This document shows positions 24,773 through 39,344 of a stretch of DNA of 64,000 bases, piece after piece (within the stretch, counting starts at the first letter, position 1; every line of letters starts with the position of its first letter). A model generated the notes under the pieces. That model was not told the origin of the DNA. It saw nothing but the letters and a program-made list of their open reading frames with translations, and made no database searches. A program made the position numbers and the translations under genes. Origin of the DNA: Camelus dromedarius (Eukaryota); contig NC_087436.1 of the NCBI RefSeq assembly GCF_036321535.1, forward strand, positions 98,768,001 through 98,832,000, given 5' to 3'.

Positions 24773-27700
24773 TCTTCTCACTTCTTCTGAATGAATTTCT
24801 ATGATAGAATGCCAGGTAAGTTTGATGGGAAATGTTACTAAGAGTTTATTTTAGAGGTGACATAAGGCACTGACCCCTGCAAATGTACCTTGCTTTGCTC
24901 TTACTAGACCCACAATCAGATGCAAGACACTTTCAGCAGTCCTTAAGTCCTTGAGGCTTTTGCCATTGCTGGGATGGCTCTGTAACATGATTCAAGTTGG
25001 AACATCTGCCTTAATTTTGTGAAGTGAGAGCAGACAGGTCATGGTAAAAAGAAATGTTGGAAAGCAGAGCCAAGAGACCACAGGGATTTTTGAAGTAGGA
25101 AGTTGGATATCTAAAAAATAATTTCCTAAGATTATGCATGTGTATCTCCTAAGGAGATTTTAAATATTCACAGGAGTATTAATGCCCCAGTTTGACTCTG
25201 AAGACTCTTGCCAGGGACATCACGTAATCAAACTCCTCAACTTCTGAGTGAGAAAATACGGCTGAAAATCAATGAATTAACTGCACCCAAAATTGTGTGT
25301 CCCCTTATGGTCTGAAAGCTAGTCCTCGTACTGTTTTCTTCTTGAAATCATCCTTATCTGACTCTACCATATGCATATTGTTGTTCTCTATGGAACCATT
25401 ATTTGCTTTGTTCAAAAACCCAATGGACCATGGTATTTGGAGACTGAGAAAGAGATACCCAGGCTTGTGGGCTCTCAAATCTAGGTTTAGACGCTTTGCC
25501 TTACATCATTCATGATGATGAAATGAGTTCTAGGCTTATGCGATCCTCAGGGATATTGAAACATATTCAAAAGTATATACTTGTCTCTGTTCTCTCTAGA
25601 TTAATACTAAAGAAATTGTCTACTTTGGGTTTCTTTTTATGTTTATAACTGTATTTAAATTTCTTCAAGTAAGGGTTTGGCTATTTTTCCTTCTGACTAA
25701 CTCATCAAATAGCTTAGCAAAGTGATTTGCAAATAAGAGACATTTAATAAATCTTGACTGACTTGCTTTAACAATCTCATAGCATTATAAGCTGAATGAT
25801 AATTGCCAACAGGGAAATCTCATGCCAAGGTATTTAGTTGAAATGATGATTATAATCCACGTAAACAAAGCATATGGAAAAAGTTAAATAGGAGGTGGAT
25901 ACCACAAAAAATAAAAAAAAAAAACTATGTTTGTATGCATTTTTCTCATTTACAGAATTTCTTTATTTGAGCAGAGAATTGTGGAATCTCTAACCACGAA
26001 AGATCCATCTACCTCCATGTTTTTGCTAAAGTGTATTTTGACTTCTATACAATTTACCTAAACATCTTTTCCTATAGCAATTAATACTTTTTAACTCCTA
26101 ATTTACAAAAGAAAAGTGATTATTGTGTGTTATATCCATGGCTCTATGAAAATCATTTATTCAGTCAAATACTTAATTAATATGACACTGATTTCAAGAA
26201 TACCTTATTAGACTCTTATCTACAGAATAAAGTTGTAAATTATTTCCATGTCATAGAAACCTCCTTATGATTTGGGGCCAAACTGCCTTTCAATATTTAC
26301 TATAGCTACTTTCATCCATATACCTTCTGATTTCATCACACTGACCAGGGCATGAACTTTCAAGACAATCTCTGTCCCTCTCTCCATATTGATCCCTTAT
26401 CATAGAATTTCTCCTTCCTCTTTTCTCTTTAATTATAGCTCATCTTTCAAGGCTCAGCTGAAATGTCCTAGTTCTTGAATTTTTTACATCTCCTCCAGTG
26501 TGAATAATTCACTACTTCCCTCAAACTTTTATAACTTTTATATGTCAACAAAACTCATCACTGTATTTTTCAGTAGTATTATAGATGCTTAAAATGCATG
26601 ATGGATGATTGAATAACCCACAAGGAAGATTTTCTGAAAGATATACAAGTAAATGCTCATCTAAGTCTCATATCCTGTGACTTAAAATTTTAATGGAAGA
26701 TTAAAATTTATTTCTTCCAGCTCTGAATCCTAGTCATTTGTATTACCTCTCTTCTAGTGGCAGCACTGATTGCTATGACTGTGTCTTATTTTTTTAATAT
26801 GACACAAGACTTATCAGAGTATTTGATAATATGGTAGTTGTTCAAAATTCATGATGAATAAATGAAGAATAGTCATGATCACTTTAGTGTACTTGTATCA
26901 CGCCCTTTTTTGTTTGTGATGAAACCACTGGCTATTATTTTTATCCTAATGTATCAAACTTTATTTCTTCCCTATTTTCCTTAGACCAATTTCACCATAA
27001 AATTCCAGAAGCCATTCAGAGTTGTCTTATGCCATAGCACACCAAAAAGAAAGATATAGTTGACATTTTTATGACTTAAACTAGTCTTCTTTAACTAGAA
27101 GATAATGAAGTTGTATATACAAATATATCTGTTATTTGTCATAGCTGGGGCTTTACATTATTTGGCACTTTTATTCTTCTTTTATTTATTCCAAGTCCTA
27201 ATCTCTAATGCTGCTGGGACCAACTTCTAGTAGCCTAAAACTGCCCACCTTTCTTCCTCACCCCCTCATATACACTCATGAGACTCATGCACCTATTGCT
27301 GAAAATATTTAGGTCAAATAAGTTCATTTCTTCATGGGATTGTTATTCCAGACAGTTAGTCTTTAAAAGTCAAGTATATAAACAAAGTTAATGTGATCAT
27401 TTTACACATTAGAAAACTCACACAGGTAAGTTTTCCAGTGAGGATGTAGACAAAGGGCAAACTATGTGTACTTGTTTCTCTGTGAGCTTTCTCGAGGAGA
27501 CAAATCCTACTAAAATTCTATGTTAAATTCCTGTCATTTAAATAAGTCTGATAATATGTTGATGCAATGGTCATAGATGGTCAAATACATATGTTTGAAC
27601 CTCCTTTAAAAATTCTGTTGGACATGATTGCAGTGTAAGACAGTACCTCATTGTTCATTATAATATGAAAAAGGAACTAAGAAAGTCATATAAGCATAAA

Positions 27701-27889
27701 GACATTACTGATAAAGTAGAAATTGGATCAAGAAACAAATCAATATTTTATAAGAAAGTGGATACAGTCAGTAGCTACAGTTCTCTGCTGTTTTTTCCTA
27801 TGGATAAAGGTCTGGTAAAGACATGAAACATCATCTATTACAAGTCAGTACAATCATGGTCATCCTCCTTCACTGGGCCACTGGGCTAA

Positions 27890-28300
27890 TGGAATGAATG
27901 AATTTATTTATTCAATAAAATTTATTATGTACCCATTTATTACTGCATACTTTACTTTTCCTTAAAGGGATATAAAATAATATATAGGACTTACATTCCA
28001 ATGGCATAAAAAGTGATAACTGTAGTTATTCCAGAGAAGCTAGAATCTACCACAGTAACACATATACAAGAGACACTCAAAAAGCCTATTTAATAAATAA
28101 TATAATCATTGCAATACACAGTCAAGTGAATACACATAATTAAAACAAATGCACTGCAAGCTGCAAATGCAGAAGGAGAGATTGTGATTTTTAGAAGACA
28201 GTGCCAAAGAAACTTCCTAGAAGAGATAGCTCTTGATTTGAGCTATAAAAAACTGAACAAGTTGATTTTGAGAAGGTAGATAAGGACATCCCATTTCCTA
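27890..28300 (-). mobile_element. Degraded L2
   Basis: ttattcaataaaatttattatgtaccc and aaacttcctagaagagatagctcttgatttgagc: antisense L2 3' motifs. Confidence 0.4.
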
Positions 28301-28364
28301 CAATTTGTAAGAAGCCAAAGTCTATATTTATAACTAAATTTGTTCATATAATAAAATATTTGAA

Positions 28365-28615
28365 GGACAGTATGTATAGTGGTTAAGAGTCTGACCTATT
28401 AAAATCCTGCCATATTTATTTACTTACTAGCTTGTGAATCTGAACAGGTTATTTAGTACCTACCTCTAGGCCTCAGTTTTCTCATCTGTAAAATGTAGAA
28501 AATCATAGTAAATAATCCACTGTATTTTTTTCAGGGTTAAATTAGTTCACCCCAAAAAAAGCCTTTATAAGTAGATTCTAGCTCACAGCTATGCTCAATG
28601 CATGGAAGCTATTTT
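28365..28615 (+). mobile_element. MIR
   Basis: gtatagtggttaagagt...ctaggcctcagttttctcatctgtaaaatg, the canonical MIR core. Confidence 0.75.
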
Positions 28616-29091
28616 TAGGAACACTTCTTACCATGAATCACCTACACAGCACACGCACATATTGAGAATGTGGGATGAGCGCTGTCATTCATCTGCTGTT
28701 GGAAAAAAAATAGTGTACTTTTTTAAAAACAAAACCTGATGTTTCAAATTTAGAGACTGAGAGATGCTAACTTAATTTCTCTTCTTGCTCAGCTATCTAA
28801 GCAGTATAGTGTCACATACATTGTACTCATTCCAGGTAACTTGCTCATTACTCTTAGAATGGCCTATATAAAGGTATATTTTCCCAAGTTCTCTACTGAT
28901 TAAAACATGCCAATGACTCCTGTTTTCCCGAAGTGAAAAATCTCAAACTCCTCCATATTCTTGCCCCAGCTTACCTCTCTAGCTTAGTCTTCCTCTGCTT
29001 CTTTGACAAACTATGATCTAATAATATCCAGCTATTAACTATCTTTGTCTCTTCTAGCCTGGACTGTTGGCTCCTCCTGAAAACCCTGGCT

Positions 29092-29644
29092 AGTAATAGA
29101 GAACAAATCTGACTCCATATTGGATCTGTTCCTTTAGTTTTAACCACTGTACCCTGTTTTCTAGGCTCAGTCTTGCTAGCTCTGTATCTTTTGTAAAACA
29201 ATGTTGCCTTTAGCCTGAAATATACAGGAGAGCCTATTCTTGTGGCTCTGACCTTTAAGGATGTTAGCACTTCTGCACTTACGTAGAGATGGCAAGTTGC
29301 AAAATAGAGAATAACCTTTGTTTAGCTGGAGGTTTACAGGGAGACCATGGCCCAATCCACACAGATGGCTGCAAGAGCAAAGAATTTCTGCAGCAAGAAG
29401 TTTGCAGCAACCAACCACTGCCCCCCTTCCCCGTTTGTTTTTGTTTTTGTTTTGTTTTGTTTTGTTTTTGTATAAAAGGAGCCTGTATTCTGACTGGAGG
29501 AGGATGATTCTCCAAGACATTAGTCTGCCATCCTCTCGATCTGCCAGCTTTCTGAATAAAGTCGCTATTCCTTGCCCAAACACCTCGACTCCCAATTTAT
29601 TGGCCTGTTGTGCAGCCAGCAGAACGAGTTTGGATTCGGTAACA
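29092..29644 (+). mobile_element. ERV1-like solo LTR, family B, with internal (TTTTG)n expansion
   Basis: (T>A)GTAATAG...GGTAACA termini; TSD ggct/ggcc; TATAAA near 29471 and AATAAA near 29555; T/G repeat at 29434-29470. Confidence 0.87.
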
Positions 29645-32099
29645 GGCCCACCCTGCCCACCTGAAAAAAAGTAATTATCATTCAAAACAGTACCAAAGTA
29701 TTGCCATTTTTGGAAAATTTCCTTGTCCCATTTCTGCCTCATTCTCAGTGTAGACTTAAAACTTCTTCATATTTTTCTGTACTTTTATTATGGCACATCA
29801 GCTTTCCATTTAAATTTTGTTTCCCTGTTCTGTCTTTATCACAGTGACCTGAACACCTGTGCATAGCCAAATCTGGGTAAAATTAAGTACCCGATAAATA
29901 GTGGCTCATCAAATCTGTCAATGTCTTAAAAGAACAGTAATGAAAAATTTATGTCACAGTATAATTTTTAGGTGAAATACGTTGGCTATGCCTATAATTT
30001 AGATATAGGTAAAAGATATTTTAAAAATTTATACACAGATCATAAAGTTAGCAAAGGATTGACATGAATGCCTTTGAGATAGAGGATGGTATTAAGTTAG
30101 CACTTCTGTGTAGTGGAATTGTTTAAGGGAATTTAGATCCACCGAAGAGTTAGAAGCTGAAAATGGCTAATGTTTTACAGAAGTATAACCTTAACTAGGT
30201 AGATCAGGTGATTTGCAGTGAGCTCCAGAAGTGAAGGACTTAGGTTTTATACCAGTGAAAATGCATAGCTTCTCTCTGACCAATGCAATGGAAGAGGCTA
30301 ACACCCACCAGAAGAGGCTGGCACCCTTGACCATGTACAATATTGGAAGAGAACTTATGCATAGATGAGGAAAAGTACATCACCAATTCCATAAATACCT
30401 TCCCTTTTTGGTTCAGCTTTATCAACCTCATTTCCTGAGAACAAGTGACTTTGTAAGGATTTGAATGCTAAGTTCACACCAGAGAAGTGTTCTTTACAAT
30501 TGGCATTATGTGTCAGAGACTGGTTTTAAAAGGCTTATGAAAACAGAGCAAATTCTGCAAAAGAAAAATTTCACTTGCAGTAATATTTCTTGTACATATT
30601 GCTACCGGGAAACAATGGATAGTGATCACCACTGCTGCTTGCTTTCCAATTTTCTTGATAACCATGAATGTGCAATAGCTCCCTTTCATACATTTATGTC
30701 TCATAAAGATGCTTAGGGTATTTTAATAATTTTTGAACAATTGTGAAACTATGTGAATTAAAAAAAAAAAGAAAACATTCTCTGGTAGAAAAATGCTACC
30801 ATTTACAAAGTCACAATGTTGGCAAAATTCTAATATCAAAACCAACTGTTTCTAAATCAACGTTAGTGGTAAAGCCACTTCAGTAAGGCTATGTGGGCTG
30901 CAGATCCCAATACAGGAAACAGGTGGCAAATCTCTCTATCAATGTTGTTCATCAATAAATACTCCAGCCTGTGCTAATTCCACAGTAACAAACGAAAGCA
31001 AATATGAAGGTACATCAGAGACTTTCACATTTTTTCAACTTCCCACATTCTACTGAATCCTTAAAGTAAGGCAGAAAATAAACCAGCTTAAATTTCTAAG
31101 ACAGTAGTTAGTAGATTTCCTTTGACTATTTAATTGATATATACAAATATGAATGTATTTTCCAATTTAACATTAGTAGATTCTTGACCATCACTGGTGG
31201 TATGATTAAGGCACTTCTTGGAAACTTTAAGCCAGTAATTTCTAATCCTGTAACAAAATTATGACAGTGCTGTCCAAGATGAAGCATGAAGGACAAATCA
31301 TCAGTCACTCAGCTAATATTTTTTCACTTATATTACTTAAGTTAGGATGATAAACAAACATGACTAAGATATAAAATCACTTTCACTGAAAATCTTTGCA
31401 TAGTACTTATTGTATTTCCCACAGAGTGGGGGATAGATTTGTGCCACTGTTAATTTAGGTGTGGGAAACACTGGACTGGACCAAGTTTATGAAAGGACTT
31501 GTCAGAGCACTAACATGTTAATAATTATTGAGTCTTCCAGGGGGAGCTGTAGCCCGAGGCAATTTGACTTGTTTATTTTGTCAGTAAGAATTTCCCAAGA
31601 TTAATATTCAACAAGGATAAGATAGGGAATACATATTTGGAAATTTCAGAAAGCCAGTGCCTGCTGCATTCTCTATTTGCATCCATTTAACAATTCAATT
31701 CAACCATTTATTGAATGTTAACTGCTAGGTGCTGGACTTTTAGTGAGAAATAAAGAAAAATTAATAAGATGTTGTTTTTTCACTCCAGGAATGCCCTATC
31801 AATACAGTGACTAAGATTTATACATACATACAACTTTTAACGTGCAACATTAACATAATAAAAATAAATTAGGCCTAAGATCACATAACTAGTGTCCTCC
31901 TGCACGCAAAGGGACTAAAACTGCCCATAATTATAATTGCAATCATTTATGGAAAATCAAGCTTCTGAAGGAATATCTCCTCCAGTAATAATCTTTAAAT
32001 ACATAATTAAACTTTTCACTATTTAGATTCCATGTGAGATATATTAATTAGACTGTATATGAAAAAAAAGAAGCTATAAAAGATGTGGCTTTGAGGGTT

Positions 32100-32345
32100 A
32101 GAGCAGCATGATGTTTTTACACAGACTTTCTTGTCATAAGGAACTGAGGTTTGAATTTAACAGTGTGACTTTGGATAAGTTATCTCTTTATCTACAAATT
32201 GTGATAGTAATAGCACCTACCTGCTAGTAATGTTGAGTCATCAGTTACAATTACCAACACGTAAATGTGCTTAATAACTACTAGTAACTGTTTATCTTCT
32301 TGACATAATAAAGTGGCCAGAAATTTACTATATATATTATCTATT
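32100..32345 (+). mobile_element. MIR
   Basis: tgtgactttggataagtta...atctacaaattgtgatagtaatagcacctacct. Confidence 0.55.
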
Positions 32346-34509
32346 GTTAATAATACAACTTATTTGTATTGTGATTATTTTATAATAGGCAATTTGCTCC
32401 TTCCTAAAATGCTGACATAAATTATGTTATGTCATCTGAAATTAATAATAGTATGTGCTATATTTATCATATGTACTATAAAAAGCAATTATAGCAGGGT
32501 AAGGGGACCTCTCAACTTATAATTTTATGGACACTTACAAATAAATTTATAAAAAAGGCTTTACTTTGTTTAAGGGAGATCTGCTTATTGAGATACCTAC
32601 AAATTAAAGGCTATTATTAATATAAATGTCATTCAGAGTCCGTGATTGAAAAAAATTACAAAATTTGAAATATGATTTTATATTTGACTGTGTCATCTAG
32701 GCCATTCTACTTAAATTTTAGCTTAAATGTGGGACATATTACCATTTCTGATTATTGATCTTTTTCAAGTTTCATAGGACATGAATAATATACATTTTCA
32801 TGAAGTGTATGCAAATAAGGCATGGATCTCCAATTACCATTATTGATAATCAGTTTTTGCTGCACTCTCTGTATTTACCAAAAGTTCCATGGAGTGCTTG
32901 AAAGTGCCTTATCAATCATTTTCACATGTTGTTTTCTTGTTTGCTAAAGGGCCAAAAGGGCATAGAATAAATTATACAAGGACATACAGAAACTTAATTT
33001 CTTAATCACCATGCCATATCTAATTGGGTATGTGCTGAGAAAAAATATATTTAATGTAGAAAAATCATGATGTTATGTGTGTGTGCCTACTTCCTATAGT
33101 GCCTTTTTGATGGTTCTGAAGAAATACTGCTGTCACAGTTCATTGGTACTGCCAGCACCCCAAGGCAATAAAAGCACATGAGACAATTTATGGAAATGCA
33201 ATTAAGCTACTGATTTAATAATTCAGTACCCAAGGGCTCTCTCATTTTTTTTATTCTATTGATCATGGGACAGCATAGAAAAATATATGAACAATTTAAG
33301 CAGGTTTCTGTTGTTTTCAATCATTCTAACCAATCATTTTCCCATTAGGACTTGAGCTACAACTTCAAACTTGTTCATAAACGTGTTAATACTGTATCTT
33401 GGATTTTGGTTTTAAAATTAAAAGCAATTAGGCATTACAAAGTCTTTGTTGTAATTTCTTGATGTCTGGAACTAGTAAAGTAGTCATTATTTATGTACAT
33501 AAAAGAAAATAAGAAGAAGCTTGTCTCTTTTTAGAACTATCTGTTGCAATAGCCTACCAGTTTTTATGTATATATACAGCTATTAATTATGTGATATCTT
33601 TACTTTCCTTTTCTCCAATGAGAATTTTTTATTGCATAATTAAATAGATTTATTGGTGAGTTTTAAAAAATTATGTAAACATATACTGAAGAAAGTAGAA
33701 GTCACCTAAAACCTGACTTCATGATATAAACAACATTTAACTTTTCCAAGACTATATTTCATGTACCTCATTATACACACACACACACACAAACAGCTTT
33801 ACTTCAGTGAAGTCAGATTATACATGTTTTCTTTTCTTCATTCACCAATCTTAATCATCTTAACCAGTATACCAGGTATACTGCATTCCTTCATTGTAGA
33901 CAGTAGCACTCATCACACTCATAATCATAAAAATATGAATGCATATGTAAAATAGAATTGGATAGTTCTTATTGTTTGTTTAAGAAAAATTGAGCAATGT
34001 TACATACCTTATTCTAATCTTATATTTTGCAGCTACCCCAGTTGAATTTATAGTTCATAGCTGCCTGCCAGTTTACATTGTAATGTATCAACAGATGATT
34101 CAGACATTTTGTATTGGTGGACTCCCAATTTCATGTTCTTTTTCTTTCAATTTTTTTTAAAATACATTTTGTTTAATGTCTTAGATTGTGGTATTATTTG
34201 CTGTTCAGTAATTAAATAAATAAAGAAGATACAATTGGCTATCTATCTGGAACAAAGTAAAACTGGATCTCATATCTCAAAACAAATCCCATATTGATTT
34301 AAAACTTTAAGTGTAAAATTATACATACATATATAAAAGAAGATCAGGGAGACTTTAAAAAATATTTTAAAAAATACTCAAGTTACTATAAATTATTACA
34401 TAATAAATAATCATGTTTTTGTTATAAAAATATCATCTTTGCTATTAAATTAAACTTTGTTATTAATGTGACTAGTGTTGGTGTTGTGTGTATGCTTGTG
34501 TTGTGCTAA

Positions 34510-37500
34510 GAGGGTAATTTATAGCTACAAATGCTTACATTAAAAAACCAAGAAAGAACAGAAATCAACAAACTAACTTTACAACTTAAGGAACTAAAAA
34601 CATAAGAATAAAATAAACCTAAGTTTCCCAGATAAAAGAAAGGAAAGATTAGAGCAGAGATGAATAAAATATGGAATTAAAAAAATAGAAAAAAAAATTT
34701 TTAAATTGGATCTCCAAAAATAACAAGAAAAGTAACAAATCTTTACCTACATGGACTGAAAAATAAGAGAAGGTTCAAAATACTAAAATCAGAAATAAAA
34801 GTAGAGATATTACTACTGATTTTATAGAAACAAAGTAATTATAAGAAAGTATTATGAAAAATTGTCCACCTACAATTTGGATACCCCAGATGAAATACAC
34901 AAATTCCTAAAAACACAAAACCTACTAAGACTGAATCATAAAGAAACAGAAAAATCTGAATAAATCTATAAATAGTAAGGAGAGTTAATTAGCAATCAAA
35001 AATTTTTTGACAACGAAAAGCCCTGAACTTGATGGCATCAGTGGTTAATTATGTCCCAAATTCAGAAAAGAACTAACATCAATCCTTCTCAAACTTTTAC
35101 AAAAAAATTATAGAGCAAACTCCAAACTCATTCTATGAGGCCAGCATATCCTGATACCAAAGTTAGAGACACTACAAGAAAAGAAACTACAGACCAATAT
35201 CTTTTACAAACATCAATAGAAAGTCCTCAATAAAATATATAGTGAATTCAACCTCATATTAAAAGGATTATATACCATGACAAAGTGGGATCTATCCCCA
35301 GGATGCAAGGATGGTTCAACATATGCAAATCAATAAATGTGATACGTTAACAAATTAAAGGATAAAATCATATGATCATCAAAAAGATGCAGAAAAAGCA
35401 TTTGATAATGTCCTTTCATGATAAAAATCCTTAACAGTTTGGCTGTAGAAAAAAACATACCTTAGCATAATAAAAGCCATATGTGACAAACCCACAGCTA
35501 ACATCATAGTTAATGGTGAAAAATTCAAGGTTTTCTTTTAAGACCAGGAACAAGATAAGAATGCTCACTCTCACCATTCCCATTTAATATAATACTGGAA
35601 GTCCTAGCTAGAGCAATTAGGTAAGACAAAGAAATAAAATGCATCCAAATTGGCAGGAAAGAAGTAAAACTGTTATTATCTGCAGATGATAGGATCTTAC
35701 ATATAGAAAATCCCAAAGACTTAACCAAAAATCTATTGGAAGTAATAAACAAATTCAATAAAGTCACAGGATATAAAATCAATACACAGAAATCAGTTGC
35801 ATTTCTAAACATTAACAAGGAAACATCTGAAAAAGAAATAATGAAACAGTCACATTCACAGTAGCATGAAAAACAATAATATGCCTAGGAATAAATCTAA
35901 CCAAGGAAGTGAAAGATCTGTATAAGACTATAAGACTTTGTTGAGAGAAACTGAAGACATAAACAAACAGAAAGATACTTTTGTGTTCATGGATAAGAAG
36001 GATTAATATTGTTAAAATGTCCATACTACCCAAAGTCATCTCTAGATTTAATTCAATCCCCAAATTCTTATGGCATTTTCACAGAAATAGAAAAAACAAT
36101 CCTAAAATTTTTACAGAACCACAAAAGACCCTAACTAGCCAAAGCAATCACAAAAAAGAAAAAGCCAGAGGCATTGTACGTCCTGATTACAAACTGTACT
36201 GCAAAGCTATAGTTATTAACGTAGTAGTAGTAGTAGTAGTAGTGGGGTAAAAATAGACACATAGACCAATGAAACAAAATTCCATCAGGTCAACTAACAC
36301 TGTACAGGGGAGCCAAGGACACACAGTGGGAAAAGAATAGTCTCTTCAACAAACAGTATTGGGAAAACTGGATAAACCACATGCAGAAAAATTAAATGGG
36401 ACCCATATCTTACATCACTCACATAAATTAACTTGAAATGGATCAAAGACTTAAAAGTAGGTTCTAATACCAAAACTCCTAGAAGAAAACAAGAAGGAAG
36501 ATCCTTGACATTGGTCTTGGCAATGATTTTGAGTGACACCAAAAGCACAAATAACAAAAGCAAAAATCAGTAAGAGTGACTACATCGAACAAAGTTTCTG
36601 TACAGCAAAAGAACAATCAAAATGAAAAGGTAACCTACAGCATGACAAAATATTTGCAAGCCATATGTCTGATAAGGGGGAGTGCTAAAACATATAAAGA
36701 ACTCATAGAACTCAATAAAACAGGAACAAAAACTCAAAACAAGCCAATTAAAAATGGGTAGAGTAATTAATAGAAATGTTTTCAAAGAAGACATTCAAAT
36801 GGCCAACAGGTACATGAAAAGACAGTTAACATCACTAATCATCATGGAAATGAAAATCATAACCACAATAAGATATCACCTTACACCAGTTAGAATGGTT
36901 ACCACCAAGAAGACCAGAGATAACAAGTGCTAGCAAGCATGTGGAAGAATGGAAACCCTTGTATGCTGTTTGTGAGAATTTAAATTGATGAAGCCCTATG
37001 GAAAACTGTATGAAGGTTCCTCAAAAAATTAAAAATAGAACTACCATTATTATCCAGCAATCCGACTTCTGGGTGTAAACCCAAAGAAAATGAAAACAGG
37101 ATATCAAAGTGATATATGCACTCCCACATTTATTACAGCATAATTACAGTAGCCAAGTTATGGAAACAACCTAAGTCAACTTCAGTGCCTGTCAGCAAGT
37201 GAAAGGACAAAAATGAAATGTATATGATAATATATATTATATATACAATAAAATATTTTAATGGAATTTATAAATATATATTTTATATACACACAATGGA
37301 ATATTTTTCAGCCATGAGAAAGAATAAAATTCTGCTATTTAAGACAACATGGATAGATCTTGAGGACATTATGCTAAGCAACATTAGTCAGACATAGAAA
37401 GAGAAATACTATATAATATCACTTATATGTGGAATCTAAAAAAGCCAAATTCATAAAAACAGAGAGTGGAATGATAGCTACCAGGGTCTGGGGGTGAAGG

Positions 37501-37775
37501 AATAGGAAAGATGTTGTTTAAGAACCAAATTTGCAACTAATACAAATAAATCCTGGAGATCCAATGCACAGAATAATAATTATAGACATTGTATTATAAA
37601 CATCAAACATGCTAAAAGACCACATCTTAATTATTCCCATCACAACACAAAAAAAATGAGAATTATGTGACATAATAGAGGTGCTAGCTAAGTCTACAAG
37701 GTAATAATATCACAATACATAAATGTGTAAAATTGACTTAAATTTACAGTTATACAAGAAATATATTTCAACATA
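34510..37775 (+). mobile_element. 5'-truncated L1 (L1MA/MB-like): degraded ORF2 plus 3' UTR
   Basis: ORF2 remnants ([30 protein letters not shown]-motif region read as tctgcagatgat near 35680), many stops and frameshifts, then a 3' UTR; (GTA)n at 36221-36243. Confidence 0.92.
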
Positions 37776-39306
37776 AAAACACATAAATTGGGAAAACAGT
37801 CATCAGACTTGACATTTAAAATGTATGTCATATGTAAATTAGGTGCAAAAAAATTGATTAAAATTAATGGATAGAGGAGAAGCAACCAAAAGAAAAAGAA
37901 AGAAAGGAGAAAATAATGATAATCCAAGAGAATCATCTTTGCTGACATTAAGTATAGCCTGGTCTTTTCTTTCTTAAATCAATTTCCCATTCCTTTTAAA
38001 TTGCTTCCTCCACACAGATTATATCCTCATATAATGTAATTGATGCTTATATAAGACAGGGTTATCAGGTAGCCAGACTGGAACAGCTTGATGCTTGTCT
38101 CTCAGGATTCATGGAAGTGATATACTGACCCTTGAGCAAGATAAGAATGACTTGTGCATCATAATACGCTGTTTAAAGCTAAGTGACAGCTTGTTCTACA
38201 TTGTTGGGGGATGTTCAATTAGATCGTTTGCACAACTAGGCTTGAGTTATGTGACCAGCTGTGTGTGAAATACCCTACTATAAATATTTGTCTGGGTGTC
38301 CCTGAATTACAATGATATAGCTGTCTCAAATCCTGGGATTTCTTAGTCTGAAGATGAAGTCCTGTGAAGTCTTGTGAGACTGAGAAGGGAAACTGGGGAG
38401 GAGGCAGTACTGAGCCTGAAATGATTGGACTCACAATGATTTCCTGTATGTCTTTCTGTTGCACTACGTACTTAATCTTTATTAAGCAGTAACAAAAGCA
38501 AACTGTAAGGAGCCTCGTGAGTCCTTTCAACTTTTTTAATCTTTGTAATTAATTGGTGCAATGATTTTGAAATCATTGTCATAATCTAAAATAGTACTAT
38601 TTGTTATTTTCCATTTGTAATATTCAGTTGTTACAATGAGGTTAGGCCTCAAAATATTAAAGTACCTTTTCTGATATTTATAATATTTAGTTTTCCCAAT
38701 ATGTCCTTCCTCCTCACCCACCCCACGTATCTATCGAGTCTAAGAGCAATCTTAAAGAGGTAACATCTCCAGTGTAATGTGTTCACCATGTATGTGTAAA
38801 AGCCAGGGAGAGATAATAAAAAATGAGCGATGGGTAAAAAGATACCATTTCAGGTTGACCTCTGGTGTTGCAAATATTGATCTAGCTTCAGAGCAACACA
38901 TTTGAAAGGATAAGGAAGGTAACTTCAGTGATTATTTAATTCTATTGAATTATACTGTTTGATCAATGACCAGTACTTTTTCTCTGCACTTTTTAATTCA
39001 GTTGAGTTCATAAGCCTAATTTGAACTATGCAACAAAGGAGGGTTTTACTGCTTAGAAAATCAAATAGCAGACAAGGCATTTGTAGATCTGACCTCAGGA
39101 AAGATTTGAAAGTACTTTAAGGCCATTGATAGTATCTTTAACTCTCATCTCCTCCCCTCTGTAAGCATCAGCTTTATTTTCATCCCAGTTTATTTCACGT
39201 GGCATGTGCAGGTATGAACTTATTCTTCCCATATTCACTATCAGAAATAAAACACTCTCCAACTCCTTTGAAAAATCTAAGAGATGCAATTTGATTGACA
39301 ACCTCA

Positions 39307-39344
39307 GATCATGGATCATGGATCATGGATTATGGATCATGGAT
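39307..39344. repeat. 7-bp tandem repeat (GATCATG) x ~5
   Basis: gatcatg gatcatg gatcatg gattatg gatcatg gat. Confidence 0.9.

Noticed and set aside
29176..29742. Longest ORF in the track (188 aa, minus strand)
   Set aside because: Lies mostly antisense within a solo LTR and runs through a microsatellite; no recognisable domain.
35525..36794. Cluster of ORFs, including RT-like peptides
   Set aside because: Fragments and antisense frames of a dead L1 ORF2.
39307..39344. CRISPR-like or otherwise functional repeat arrays here and at 55102-55360
   Set aside because: Simple tandem repeats without unique spacers, in eukaryotic DNA.
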